Assembly: GCF_001194135.2 (NCBI RefSeq)
Contig: NC_068982.1
Span: 104,970,991 to 105,034,990 of the forward strand
Direction of reading: 5' to 3'
Length of the DNA: 64,000 bases
Source of the DNA: Octopus bimaculoides
Taxonomy: Eukaryota
Translations under genes and position numbers: made by a program
The notes under the pieces: generated by a model
What the model was told of the DNA's origin: nothing
The model's input: the letters and a program-made list of their open reading frames with translations, nothing else
Databases searched by the model: none
In this document: positions 1-13,928 of the stretch, in pieces
How the letters are laid out: each line of letters opens with the position of its first letter
How positions within the stretch are numbered: the stretch's first letter is position 1

Positions 1-749
1 AGCTAGCTGTCAAATATAGACAGCAACATACACATACGAACATAACACAAGTCATACATACGTACCTTCAGTGTTCAAAATATCTATTTCACACACACTA
101 ATATCCATTTATCTCACAATTACCTTCTTTCTTCGCTTGTACGTATTCTCTCTCTCATACACTTACACACACACACACACACACACACGCATAAAACCCA
201 ACCATGCTTTCATCCAAAGTCCATTCATCTATTTTTTCCTCTCTATTTTCATACAGACTCAATACATTCACGTCTCAGTCCCTACAATCACCAATATACA
301 TAATTTTTATAATTAATCTGAGAAAGGGGTTATGTCTATAGTCCTTTTTTCTTTAGGCTCTCTTTCGCCAAAAAATAAGGTTAACTTGGGGGAGATTAGC
401 ATGAGTTTAATGCTCAGTTTGAACTGTAGCAGTTGAAAGTACCTCGTGTGCACATGTTCTTGCGCGCGCGCGCGCGGAGAACACAGGCGCACACTTTCAC
501 ACATACGTATCATCAATACAATCATTTAACGTCTGTTTTCCATGCTGGCATGGACTGACCGGTTTGGTAGGATCTGGCAAGCTACAGGGCCACACCAAGT
601 TCCAATGTCAACTCTGACATGGTTTCTACAGCTGGATGCCTTTCCTAATGCCAACCACTTAAGTGTGTACTGGCTGCTTTTTTTTCCATGTCGCCAGCAC
701 TAGTGAGGTTGCCAAATAAGTTGCAAGACAGAAAAACAATGGGGAAATG

Positions 750-793
<44 letters not shown>

Positions 794-1094
794 GGACCCC
801 TATAATTAAATAGAGTGGGTGGGTGAGTATTTGGGAGGGGTATGTAGCTTAATACCTGACATTGAAAGGTTAAAATGTGATAGAGGGACAAGTACAAGTG
901 TCTTGCTATAAGAGGAGATACATGGCTACCCACATTATAAAGGGAGGGGTGGAAAGGAAGTAACTGTGATAGTGAGGGGAGCCAGAACAAACTCTCAAGA
1001 TACAAGAACGTGAACATAAAACAGAAGAAAGTGAGCATAACAAATATATTTCTCCTTCACACACACATACAATACAAATATATACCAGGCATAG

Positions 1095-1310
1095 AGTGGC
1101 AAGCTGGCAGAATCATTAGCATGTCAGAAAACCTGCTTAGCAGTATTTTGTCTGTGTTTATGTTCTGAGTTCAAATTCTGCCAAGGTTGACTTTGCCTTT
1201 CATCCTTTTGGGGTTGATAAAATAAGCACCAGTCAAGCAGTGGGGTCAATGCAATTGACTAGCCTTCTCTCCCAAAATCTCAGGCTTTATGCCTATAGTA
1301 GAAAGGAATA
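1095..1310 (+). mobile_element. tRNA-derived SINE (family 3, GACTTTGCCTTTCATCCT...GATAAAATAAG central motif)
   Basis: B box GAGTTCAAATTC followed by the conserved central block. Similar copies at about 9985-10160(-), 11045-11240(-), 25470-25680(+), 41575-41790(-), 42490-42640(-) and 63915-64000(+). Confidence 0.75.
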
Positions 1311-3781
1311 TCTACCAGGCTTACATTCCAATAATGTTCATATATTTCTTATTCTCAGGTTTTTGATCAACTCAGTTACTTTACTGTATTAGCATATAAG
1401 TGTCTGAGCATTCCTGTGCACCATTAATGTAATCTGTTGTATTATTACTAGTTCAGTCTGCCTGAAGGGCTTCCACATGGTTTCCATTTATTCAATTTCA
1501 TTTACTTTTTATCTTTACTTCAGTCATTGAATTATGGCCATGCTAGAGCACTGCCTTGAAGGGTATAATTGAACAAATTAACCCAGTAGTTGGAACACAC
1601 ATATACACACGACATGCTTCCATGCAGTTTCTGTCTACCAAATTCACTCACAAGGCTTTGATTGGCTCAGGGCTATTGTAGAAGGCACTTGTTCAAAGTG
1701 CTGCACAGTGGAACAGAACCCCAATCCATGTGGCTACAGAGCAAGCTTCTTAACTATACAGCCATGCCTGCATCTATATAAATAAGACTTAAGTCAACCT
1801 GGGGCTTTAGTGAAAGATACTAACCCAAGTTGCCATGCAGTGAGATCAAACCTGGAGTCTCATGATTGCAAAGTGAACTTCCTAATTACACAGTCATAAT
1901 TGCATCCTTAGCTGCATTCATATGCACACACTAGCATAGACACTAGTTAGAGTTTCATTAATATTCATACATTCCTTAACTGTTTGTGCTCTCCTTCTCT
2001 CAAAAGTGCATGCACACACATATATGCATACATATGTTTATGCAATTATACATTAACTAATGTTTATAGATTTCATTACCCAAAGAAGCAAAGACCCAAT
2101 AATGGTTGGTTTTATTGTAAAGAATTGCAATTCTTCAGCCCCACGCTCTCTAATAATGAAATACACTGAAGTGCGGCTAAACCACATGCCATATTAAATT
2201 ATTCCATTCTGTTCCATTCTCAGTACTAAACCTACCACAACATTTTATAGATTGTCAAGGAATCGACTATTTCAGCCTCCTAACACTCAGATATTCAAAT
2301 ATTTTCCCCCTAAAGAAGGAATCCACTAAACCAAAATGAAGAGATAAAGCATTCAGTTTTAAAGAAAAAACAAATTGAACAATGCAAAAGAGAAATCTAG
2401 AATTAAAATTTCTGTTCAGAAACCAAAATGGCATTGTTATAAAAGAAACTTTTTTTTCAAAATTCACTGTGCATCATTGATCCAGGGTTGCTTTGACTTC
2501 TGTAGCACAGCATGGTTTCTTGAAATAAGCTTAGATAACAAAGAAAATATTCAGAATTATTCAAAATGTTTAGATTTAATTTAAAACAAAAAATATTTCA
2601 AGAGAAGAAATAGATAATCATACATTATTATTAAACCTAATTCTAATATGTGTACAGTAAAGAAACCAACAACTGAGATTACAAATAGTGTTTGGAAAAG
2701 AAAAGAAAAAAAGCAACTGCCCAAGTTACATGCAAGCAAACTTGCTTGGAACTAATGAACATACCTACCAAACAAGAAGCCAAAATAATGCTTACATTGT
2801 ACAAAGCTCAAACAAAATCTTCTGACAGCAATCAGAAGAATAACTTAAACCTTTAGAGACGGATGTTTCCAGAGTAAAGAAGATAAAACTATTTTAACAA
2901 GATGCAAACAGAGTAAAAGGTTGAAGAAATCAGGTTTTACTTCTTTCTATCATAAAAATGGTAAGCTGATAGATCAGTGTACACATGATGGCTGAAGAAA
3001 TTCATTATAAAATTATTTGGAAAGAAACTCAAAGAACACAGTGCAGGCCTAGTTGTGTGGTTGAGAAGTTCACTTTACAGCCATGTGGTTTTGAGTTCAA
3101 TCCTACTTTGCAGAACTGTATGCATTGGTCTTTCACCATAACTCTGGGAGAAACTAATGCTTTGTCAGTGAAATTTGGTTCAAACTAGGCATCTATTTCT
3201 TTTTCTCTTGCTCCACCAGAATGAATGAATACATATTCCACTGAAAATCAGTGTAATATATTTTGTGGCATTTAAATCCCAAAAAGAGAAGTACCTTTTA
3301 AAGGGATGTAACAGTAGTGAACTTGTCCATTCAATAAATAGAAGTTAATGGAATCAGTATCAAACTGGGGTCAGTATGATGTACTAAAATCTAGAAGGTG
3401 ATGTGTCAGCATGGTCACTGTCCAATGAATAGAACTGGCAAAAGATTAACACATCAAAAAAAAAAAAAAAAAAAAAATTGCCAGATGATGCATATTTTTT
3501 TAAAGATAATTTGCTGGTAGATACTCGTGATGTATGATAACTGAAAATTATTTCTACTAAATGATATTTTATATCATTTATCTACACATCTATCTTTTAT
3601 ACAAGATGCTCAGGAATTCAGAGTGGGTGTGTTCTTTAAAACTATGCTTGAACTCTCAAATGGAATTTTATACTTTGAAAAAAATCTACACCAATTAAGT
3701 TTATAGTAAGAGCAGTGACATCTCTTTCAGACAGAAAGACCATTTTGTAAGGGACAAATGAAATAATTCCATAACAGTATA

Positions 3782-4189
3782 CTCTTTACTCTTTTACTCT
3801 TTTACATGTTTCAGTCATTTGACTGTGGCCATGCTGGAGCACTGCCTTTAGTCGAGCAAATCGACTCCAGGACTTATTCTTTGTAAGCCTAGTACTTATT
3901 CTATCAGTTTCTTTTGCTGAACCGCTAAGTTACGGGGGACGTAAACACACCAGCATCGTTTGTCAAGTGATGTTGGGAGGACAAACACAGACACTCAAAC
4001 ACACATATATATACATACACATATATGACGGGCTTCTTTCAGTTTCCGTCTACCAAATCCACTCACAAGGCTTTGATTGGCCCGAGGCTATAGCAGAAGA
4101 CACTTGCCCAAGGTGCCACACAGTAGGACTGAACCTGGAACCATGTGGTTGGTAAGCAAGCTACTTACCACACAGCCATTCCTGCGCCT
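3782..4189 (-). mobile_element. tRNA-derived SINE (family 2, CCTTGGGCAAG central motif, internal CA/TA microsatellite)
   Basis: Head AGGCGCAGGAATGGCTGTGTGGTAAG...GGTTCAGTCC, tail (GAGTAAAA)n. Further copies at about 1500-1770(-), 21901-22360(-), 29365-29735(-), 34385-34629(-), 47218-47722(+), 54725-55385(-), plus shorter heads. Confidence 0.85.
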
Positions 4190-5989
4190 ATATTAATAGT
4201 ATATTAATAGTTCAAAATTTTATTAACCCTGGATGGATAAAAACAAAAGTTGATTCTAGTGGGAACTGGACTTAGAGATATAAGATGTTGATTACTGCTT
4301 AGATCAGGAGTGTCATGTATACAGCCTGTCTGCTGGATCCAACTTACAGCAATGTTTAAGTGTGGTCCCTGGCTTAATGTTATATAATAAAATACTTATT
4401 ATTATTTTTAATTTTAAAATATTCTGTAAAATATATCTCATTAACATGTGCTCAGAGCCCAACTAGAGTTATCATCATCATTTAATATCCATGTTCCATG
4501 CTGGCATGGGTTGAACAGGTTGAAGAATCCAATGAGTCTAAGGACTGCATCATGTTCCAATGTTTGCATTTGGATGGTTTTTATGGGTCGATGCCCTTCC
4601 TAATGCCAACCACTTAACTGTGTATACTGGGTGCTTTTTTTTACAAGCCATCAGCACTAGTGAGGTTGCCATGTGGCTTGTAAGATTACAAACCCCAAAG
4701 GGAGCTGGGATCAGTAGGAAAGGTGGGGGTGGTGGGGGTGTTTCCCATTAGTGAAATCAATGCACATTAGGGAATCTTGTTATTTCACCCAATGTAAAAG
4801 GAGCTTATGAATCCATAAGCTAAAAGACGCAGCCTATTTCCCTCTCACTATACTTATTAGACACCAAGTCAAATGGATTTTAAAAAATTAAATTTATGCA
4901 CGTGTTTGTTCAAATGGATTTCAGTGATATGAATGATATTGAAAGACTTTGCTGCTGAAACATTGCAGGCTTTTTATCAAGCATTGCTCTTCTCAAGAAC
5001 TGTATGTGTTTATTTCAACAATCGCTGTCTCTGTACTTATCTAAGCATTCTTACTTAATACAATATATACACCATCTAGATGAAATTTTCTCACACATCT
5101 CTGCACACAAATGCTGCTAACACCTTATAATTTGTTAACAAAGTTGTTTCAATATATATCAATCACTATAGCCATCTACTTTGGCTCACATTATGAATAG
5201 GGTTTTTAGGAATAATTATCCCTATCTGGTCTTCAAAAGTAAGTTTGTTTCAATCTGGCCTGCAAAGCCAAAGGAGTTTGACACTCATGATTTAGAGCAA
5301 AGTCAATCAGATACATTACTATAAATCTTCCATTTCTCTTCACTTAGAAGTTGTGTATGTTGGAGTGATTTCAAGAGAAGAAAAGAAATTAATATATCTT
5401 AGCTAGAACTGTAATCTATGGTGTTGGCCATCTTTACCACATTTACACTCAACAGTCAGATAACAGGAAGTGAACTGACAGATTCATTAAAGTATAGAAC
5501 AACATACCTTAACAATAGTTGTTCCAGCTAGCTACATTCTGAGTTCAAATCTCACCAAAATCAACTTTATCTTTTAAGGTCAATAAAATACCAGTCTAGA
5601 GCAGTGGGTTGCTAGAATTGTGAGATAGAAAAGTATGCCTTGTTGTAGATGTTTTAGCTCTTTACATTCCGAGTTCTTAGGCAGTAGATTTATTCTACCA
5701 CCTAGTTTAACACACCACCAGGTCACTGGGTATCTTTAGTGGGGTTACTTCCACTGTAAGCATTTAGGCAAGGTCTCTGGTTTGAGGATAAATTCCTCCA
5801 ATCAACACACCAATCTTGGAAATAAATAAAGGGTCAAGGATACTGAACTCCCTCCCTGACAGAGTAGTAAACACTAAGAAATTATTCAGATTTAGTCATG
5901 TTAATGTAGTTCTGTATATTTATGTGTGATCTGGAAAAAACTATGGTTTGCTACAGTGTAGCATCAAACATGTTATGAATTTTCCTAAT

Positions 5990-6390
5990 CACAGCCAACA
6001 AGTGGAGGGATATCACAGCAAAGGAAGACCTCTCCTTGGGTATAAGTATAAATTGAAACAATCACTAAAATCTCTACAGCTTTACCTGACATCTTGGGAA
6101 AGTCATTGCCCAAATGTGTCACAGTGCATCAAACGATTTGAGTTGAAGAAAAAGAACAATAGAAGAACTATATCCTGCAACCAACAGACACACTTGCCCA
6201 GTCCCAGGTAAAACGAAAATCATCAATGTCCTTATTGGGCTTTCATAGCAAAATCCATACCCAGACTGAAATTACATTTACACACCCATCACAAATAGAT
6301 GCAGCTGTTTAGTGTTTCCACACCCTCAACTTTAAGACCTCTCCTTCAAACACTCATGTGTTGAAACCGACGGGAGCGACCATCATATTT
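5990..6390 (+). mobile_element. Older RTE-BovB-like 3' end
   Basis: KGRPLLGYKYKLKQSLKSL...SWE...IKRFE, then HQCPYWAFIAKSIPRLKLHLHTH (second Cys mutated). 3' end GAAACCGACGGGAGCGACCATCAT. Confidence 0.65.
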
Positions 6391-8714
6391 GAGATACAGT
6401 GTTACATTACATAGTAGTTTCTTCAAACATGTTAATGTAGTACTTTAAATACAAGGTTCAGAAATATATTGCGTCATTAATGTCTGTTTTATTCAAATGA
6501 GTCTTTCACAATTGTTTAACATCAAGTTAATTATTCTTCCATTCTTCAGAATAGATAACTTTTACTATCAGCTAAGCACATAAATTATTAATATGGTAAG
6601 ACAGCTTAAACATTTTATAAACAGCTGCACTAGATTCAATCACCAGAGAGAACATCAGATTAATAGGAATAATAAGAAATTAGTTACAAGAAAAACAAAA
6701 ACCTTCAAGATTATCTCTGAAACAGTAATTTAGAACAGTAATGAATACATGGTTTAATCAAATATTTAAATAACATTTACAAATATTATTTCTTCATAGC
6801 CAGAGTCCATTTATCCTCAAAAGACACATTTTCCACAAATGTTTCAATGTACTGAAATAATCAACTACCATGTTTTGTGAAAAATGTTCAGATTTACAGA
6901 CAATGGCATCAATGTAATATCCCCAAGAGCTGTTTCTCTTTTCATAACATTCAAAGCTTCCTCGAATATTAATAATTACTCTAGAGAACAAAGAACTTTG
7001 TTATTCTGACCCAGAGCAGAGCTGGACTGGCAAAATTGCTAGAATAAGTGAAGCACTGAGGAAGTGATTCAGTGAAATCTAAACTCGGAGATGAATGAGT
7101 AGCACTGACTTGGCTGAGGAGAATAGAATCATTTTAAAGGATAGGAAAAATTAATTAGTAGCTCTATTTTGGGAAAGGCAGGAAAATGATATCAGCAAGT
7201 AGCTACCAGACCACTCCCATGTTCCAAAAATAAAAAATAAAACAAGGAAAAAAAAACTCATTCAAGTGGTGGTGTTCAGCCTCAATAAATTCAACAATGG
7301 CTTTCTATTATATGCCTGCCAACTTCAAATAATCTATCTCTAGAGGGGTAGGGATTAACAGACCCTACACTGAGGTGGGAAAATTATAGAATTTGAGATA
7401 CTTCTAACATCCCCTTAGTAAAGAACACTAATAATGAACTCTCATTAAGTAGCTAGCAAATTTGTTCTGCAGCTTCTGCATGGTATTAACCATAGAGTTA
7501 ATACCATAAATCAAGAATTCTCATGTTTATAATTTACATGTTACCATGCATTCACCAAAGTCTACTGTGATACTAATGAATCAATACTACAAAGTATCAC
7601 TTAAAAGCTCCAGGGATCACAGAACACCCATGGAAAATACTAAAATTTCTTTATTTGTTGTTTATTTGAGCATTTTATGTGTATATAAAAATAAGTACCT
7701 AAAAGATGGCACAGCCATTTTGGCCCTGCCCATTCGGCATCACTGATTTGATGCTGACTTATTTGACACCAGACATCTTAATGTTTCTCTCATTCTCTCC
7801 TCTCTCTCTCTCTGTTTATGTGAGCATATTTCTCTTTATGTATATGAACAGAGGGACAATGTTTAAGTCAATCATGTTCAATTGATAAATTGTAATATCT
7901 TCATCTGTATGTCTATAATTCAATGCACATATAGTTGATCTGCCAACATTAAAATTCAGTGCACATGCATATGTGTTTGACTCCAGTACCAAAAAGTACT
8001 GTCACCAACACAGACTGAACATCCAGTCAGCCAGGCCAAGATGTCAGTATCCAAACAACTGTGCCCAATTGTCTCATTCCATTAAAATATACAGGCAATA
8101 AAATTTGTCTATAAATTTAAAAATACAAGTATAAAATGAAAAAAGCAGAAAGAACAACAGTTGGACCAGCTATTGTTTGTTTTGTTCTTATTCAGATTTA
8201 TGTTTTATACTTGCAATTTACACTGAATGTAATATCTCGTAGCTGAAATATGTTGCAAAAACTTTAGTCAATACTGCCACACTGTGTCTTTCATTCAGTC
8301 ATATATCAACAGTCTAAGACAGTGGTTCTTAAATAGTGTACTGTATTGCAATGCTGCATTGCAAGGGGCACCAAGCATGATGCAGAGTTTTAAAAGATAT
8401 AACTATCGGTTACAACTTTCCTGACACCCTTATGAAATTATCTCCCCTTCCTCCCAATTTTGAGATACTCTGACAATTTGTTACCATCATCACCTTCTTT
8501 CCAGCTTTTCTTAACCAACATTATATAATGTGATCGTCATCTATCTCCTCTACAGCAAGACACCTGTGCTTGTCCCTTGATCAAACTTTAGTTTCTCAAC
8601 ACCTGGCATAAAGCCACCTTCCTCCTCTCTCAAATATACAATCTCACTCAGTTGAGGAGACCTTTTCTTTCTCTTCTCTTGTGAGTTAAAAGGTGATCTC
8701 AATAGTGCTGGTAA

Positions 8715-9040
8715 AAGACACCCACTTTGGTCATGAATGACCATGGGATTGCACCTAGAAAGTTAACCTCCAAGGCACAGGTCCAGGCAAAGTTGTTTAT
8801 GGAAAACCAGCAGTCGCCCATGCATATCAGCCTCCCCTCTCCATGCCACTGATGTTATCCACAGGAAAGCAAAGGCCATGACAGCTTGGCACTAGTGATG
8901 TCACAACTCATTTCTACTGCTGACTGAACTGGAGGAACATGAAATAAAGTGTCTTGCTCAAGAATACAACACAGCCCAGTCCAGGAATCAAACTCACTAC
9001 TGCATGATTGTGAGTCTGAATCTCTAGCCACTGAGCCATA
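8715..9040 (-). mobile_element. tRNA-derived SINE (family 4, TTCTTGAGCAAGACACTTTATTTC motif)
   Basis: Reverse complement begins with a tRNA-like head (TGGCTCAGTGG...GAGTTTGATTCC) followed by a V-domain-like block. Confidence 0.65.
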
Positions 9041-11389
9041 TGAAAAAAATCACCTGGTCAACACTGTAAAAAGATTGGCATTAGAAAGGGCGTCCAACGA
9101 AAGAAACTGTACCAAAGTTGGCATTGGAGTTCAACAGTCCTGCAGCTTTCTGGATCTTGTTAAACTGTCCAACCATTGCTAGCATGGAAAATGGACATTA
9201 AATGATGATGATGTTTGATGATAAATTTAAGGCTTTAGAAAATCCATATTAATATTCAAGTTTCTTGAAAAACATGCTATTCATGGTTTTTACTTTAATC
9301 TTCAGTGAAAAGAAAGTGCTTTTGTGAATGATATTAATTCAATAAGTGTTTCCAGTCATGATTCTGAATTTTCTATCAAGAAATGTATTCATAAGCAGTG
9401 AACCATGACCCAAAAGTAGGTATTTGTTGACTATAATATAATACAGTTTAATTTAATTGTGAAAAATATATAATTTGCTCACATCAACAAATAACAATTC
9501 AATTTTTTCATTTTCAAGAGTAAAACTTTATATCACATAAAATTAATTCAATAAATATGAAAACAAAGTTTAAATGTTTTAATTTTGAATTTATTAGACA
9601 ATTTAAATACTTATAATTACTCCTTTACCCAACTTACATAAACTTTTGTTTTAAATTGTTCCTTTTTTTGTTATTTTTTTAAATATTATTATTATTATAC
9701 AGAACTGAAAATATCTCTCCATGGATAAATGGTTAAATTTGGCAATGAAGAAAACACATACAAAAAAGAAAAAAAACCTACAATACTGAGGTAACAGTTT
9801 CTACAGAATGTTGGTGCCATAACATAGATCAATGAATGAAAATGTAAAAGATGAACCAACTCACAGAAAATAAAAGTACAATAAATTTTTCCATAATATG
9901 GATTTACTGTTACTTTTAGACACAACCCAATCAGCTGAATTTGCAATGAATCTTCAGCAAATGAAAGTCTGCTAAGTTGACTTCACATTTTAGCACAAAG
10001 CCAGCAATTTTGGGGTGGGGGTAAGTTGATTAAATCAATCCCAGTGCTCAACTAGTACTTATTTTATTGGCCCTGAAAGGATGAAAGGCAAAGTCAACCC
10101 TGGTGGTATTTGAACTCAGAACATAAAGTCAGTGTGGTAACAATTCTGCCAGTTTGCCACCTTCTGAAGCCTGCTAACTTAAAAGACATATTTTCTATAA
10201 CAGTAATCATTGAAAGTTGAAAACAATTTGGGTTTCTCCGAGTTTATGATCTGAAACAAATTTTCAAAGTAAATAGCAGACAAATTCATTTAGGTTTTTG
10301 CAAGTACTAACACAATACATTTCAATGCAACTACATCTCTCCAACCATAACCAATCTGTTCCCTCACCCCTAAACAAATCCCTAATCAACTGCACTAAAT
10401 TTTATTAACTATTACTGTTAACACAAAAACCAAAATCTGTCACTCTTCTTTCATACTCTTGTGAACTTACTTACCCATTCACTACATCCAACCCTCTGTA
10501 CCACTTTTATAATCACCTTCCTGTAATTTGAGAATGTACCCTGACACTCTTCCTTACCATCTCCCTTTTTTCAACAGGGATAATCAAGTATCTCCTCTAC
10601 TGTAAGACACTTGCTTTTGTTCCATATCATACTTTAACCTCTCATCACCTGGCATAAAGCCACCTCCCCTTAGTACTATACACCTCCTCTTGGTTGAGGT
10701 GTCTTGTCTTGAGAGTTACTTGGTGATGTCACTATTGCTGGCACCACATAAAATGTACCCAGTATACTGTGAAATGGTTGGTGTTAGGAAGGGCAACCAG
10801 CCATAGAAATCATGGTAAAGTAGAAACTGGAGTTTGGCTTGTCAAACTCACCAATCCATTTCAGCATGGAAAATTAAGATGATGATGATGACGGTGGCAA
10901 CAATGACAACTTATTTGTTTTGAGAAACTTCTGTTTTGGACCCTAAAGGCTGGGACTCCCAACAATTTTTCTTTTTTGGGAAATGAAATTGGTTGATGGA
11001 AAATACTTTAAAGCATCACATGAAACCTCATAATTTATAATGGTTTCAAATTTTGGCATAAGGCCAGTAAGTTCAAGGGAGGAGGTAAGTCAATTACACC
11101 AACCGCAGTCCTCAACTGGTACTTATTTTATCAACCCCAAGAGGATGAAAGGTAAAGTCGACCTTGGCAGAATTTGAACACAGAGCATAAAGACAGATGA
11201 AATGCTGCTAAGCATGTTAATCAGTTTGCTAATGATTCTGCCAGTTTACTGCCTTCCTCATAATTGATAATGAAAGTTAAGAAACCATTTGCAGATAAAA
11301 CAAGAATTTCACTGTCAAAAGAAATGGTATGCAGAGATTAGCAGTAACCAATTTGTGCAACATATTGAAATAACTGAAGAAAATACTAA

Positions 11390-12330
11390 ATTTGAAATTC
11401 AGTTAAATAAATCAATTAACATTGTAAATGGAGTTCAACTATTGGCATTTGTCAGATATTCATATTAAAACTGGGTGCTTACAGTTTAATTAATTAAATG
11501 AGCATGCAACAGTTGAAGATGTTTACCTCAAAGTTGACCTTTTTTTGTTAAAGAAGTAGGTCTGGAATGGAATGACTATGTTGATGTATGTACTAATGGT
11601 GGAGTAGTAGTGACAGGGGGTAAAAAAAAAAAGATTTCAAGATAAAGTTAATGAAAAAATATGCACCAACTACATTCACTGATACTGTATGATTCATCAA
11701 GAGACATTAGTAATTAAAAAAATTTAATAGGAGACGCATTTAAAATTATCAAATTCATTAAACATTACACATTGATCAGCTGTCTACTTGTAAATCTATG
11801 CCAGGATATGGGATCCAAATTCAACAAATTTTTACTGCATATAACAGTGAAATGACTGTTGAAAGAATGAGCACTAAGAGGACTTGGGAAAAGAAATTAA
11901 CTTATTTTTTTATCAGAAAAGAACTCAAATGTTGCATAATTCTTTCATGATAAAAATAGGTTTTGCAAATTATAGTATTTGTTAGATGTATTTGAGAAAC
12001 TTAATACATCTCTGCAGGGGGCAGGGGTAAACAAAAAAAACAAAAACATTTTCACTGTGAAAGTTAGAATTGAACATTCATAAAAAAAAAATTAAATTAA
12101 AGATTAAAAAAAATACAAACTTACAGAAACACGCAGTACAAAATGATAACTTTGAAATACTGATGATTATGTTGGTGAAAATAACTTTTAATTTGATTAA
12201 GCAGATTGTAATCAAGTATTCAGCATGTAAGAAAAAAACCAGTTTTACAAATATATTCTGCAAAACATAGACAACTGTAATTTACAATGTAAATTAAATT
12301 GGATCCAAATCATGTTCATTGTAGCAATGG
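11390..12330 (+). mobile_element. hAT (Buster/Charlie-like) transposase fossil with stops and frameshifts
   Basis: Successive motifs FEIQLNKS...QLLAFVRY, WNDYVDVCTNGG, CMIHQETL, LCQDMGSKFNKFLLHITVK*L, and CKL*YLLDVFEKLNTSLQG match the FALQLDES, CTDGA, CxxH, LLHTEVRWLS and LAYLADIF blocks of hAT transposases. Confidence 0.8.
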
Positions 12331-13192
12331 AAAATGTGATGTGAAACAGGTTTCTTTGAAAACTCAAGAAGAATTTGGAGAGCTGTTTATGTACTTGAAA
12401 TCTCAAACTTGAAATTTCAAAAAACAAACTTCAGCATTTTGTAGCTGAAATGTGAAATTAGATTTTCTAATTTTATCTGAATTAGCTATGATAACTCTTC
12501 TACCATTTTCTTCCATATATCTATGTGAATCTACATTTTTAATTTTAACAACAATAAAAATAACTTACCACAGAATAATATAAGTAGAAATTCCCTTAAC
12601 CCTGAAGAATAAATATCATCAATAATTTCCTCAACTGTAAAGAGTCTAGGCCTTGCTTGTTTACAAGACAATGTGTTGGGTTTATCACATGTTCATTTCA
12701 TCACAAAAATCTGTATTTTCTTTTATTAAAAAGAAAAGTAAACAACAACTATAGAAGGACATCATTAACAACAAGTCATAAGCACATTAGACTACAAAGT
12801 TGCAACTTTATTGGTTGTCTAATTTTAGTATTTCATCTTTTTCTCTATGTATGTTACACATTACTGCTTAAACAAAGATCCTGTACAGATTACATTTATG
12901 CTATTCCTGCTATACAGGGAACATGGCATGATAGAGTTAAGAACATCACTAATAAATATAAAGCCATAGTTTGATGTACTATGTCAAAAGAAACAAGTAC
13001 ATTCTTTTCATTAAAGATATTCATATTCCCAAATGGTTTGGTGAGCATAAGTTTAGTTGTTTTTGGTCAAAGTTTGATAAACCTGGACATTTTCTGGGAC
13101 TTATCTGGGAGTGCTATCATATCTAAGAAACAAGTTGACAATGAGAAAACATTCAGAAAATATCAAAGCAAGTATTTGGTCAACTAAATCAA

Positions 13193-13412
13193 CCCTTTTG
13201 TTACTGTATTTATTTTGAAATGGTCTGTGTTTCTTTCAATTACTTTAAATATAACAAAGAATTTAGTAAAATAACTTAGTTATCATTCAGCTAGTGTTAG
13301 GCATATAAATTGTGACTAAGGTTTGGTGGAAGATTTTAATTCAAAACTTATGAAAACAAGACATTTGTACTCAGAGCCAGAGCCAGTTTCAGCCGGGTTG
13401 GTAACGAAAGGG
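13193..13412. mobile_element. piggyBac-type MITE
   Basis: TCAA|CCCTTTTGTTAC ... GTAACGAAAGGG|TTAA. Confidence 0.75.
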
Positions 13413-13928
13413 TTAACTGATTTCTTATGGCCTTCTACTTTTTCAATAGAGCATGTTTTATGTAGATTCTACTGAACTGAAAATGTGTGCATTTGTAGCA
13501 GAGCACAATCCAGTCATTTTTATATAATATAAGCATCTATTCTAAGACTAGCTTAAAAGCCTCCCTATCGGGCAGCTTTTACATTAGTATATAGCTTTTA
13601 AGCAACTGACTCTGAATGGGAAGATCTGCAAACAGATCTCTGACTTGTTTTGGAGAATTTGTTGCAATTGCTTCCTCTAGAGTCATATCCCAATGATGAT
13701 CATATTCGTCGCAAAAAAATCATGTAAAAAAAAATCGCCATAAACAATTGCAGTAATGAAAATATAGGAATCCAAAATTTCAGGATTGCAGGTCCAGATT
13801 CGGCCTGGAATGTTCTTAATTTACTCACAGAGCTAGCTTTTAGATTATAAAAATTGTTATCATACAAAAAAATTTGTTGCGAAAAGTCACATAAAAAAAT
13901 CACTGAAAACAATCACAGTAATGAAAAC

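Noticed and set aside
2857-5410. Phase-compatible plus-strand exon chain (2857-2960, 3605-3706, 4926-5000, 5172-5238, 5348 onward)
   Set aside because: It needs a frameshift in one exon, gives no recognisable domain, and similar chains can be built on both strands in DNA this AT-rich.
6080-6207. Open AG/GT-bounded plus-strand exon candidate
   Set aside because: It lies in frame within the RTE-BovB-like relic.
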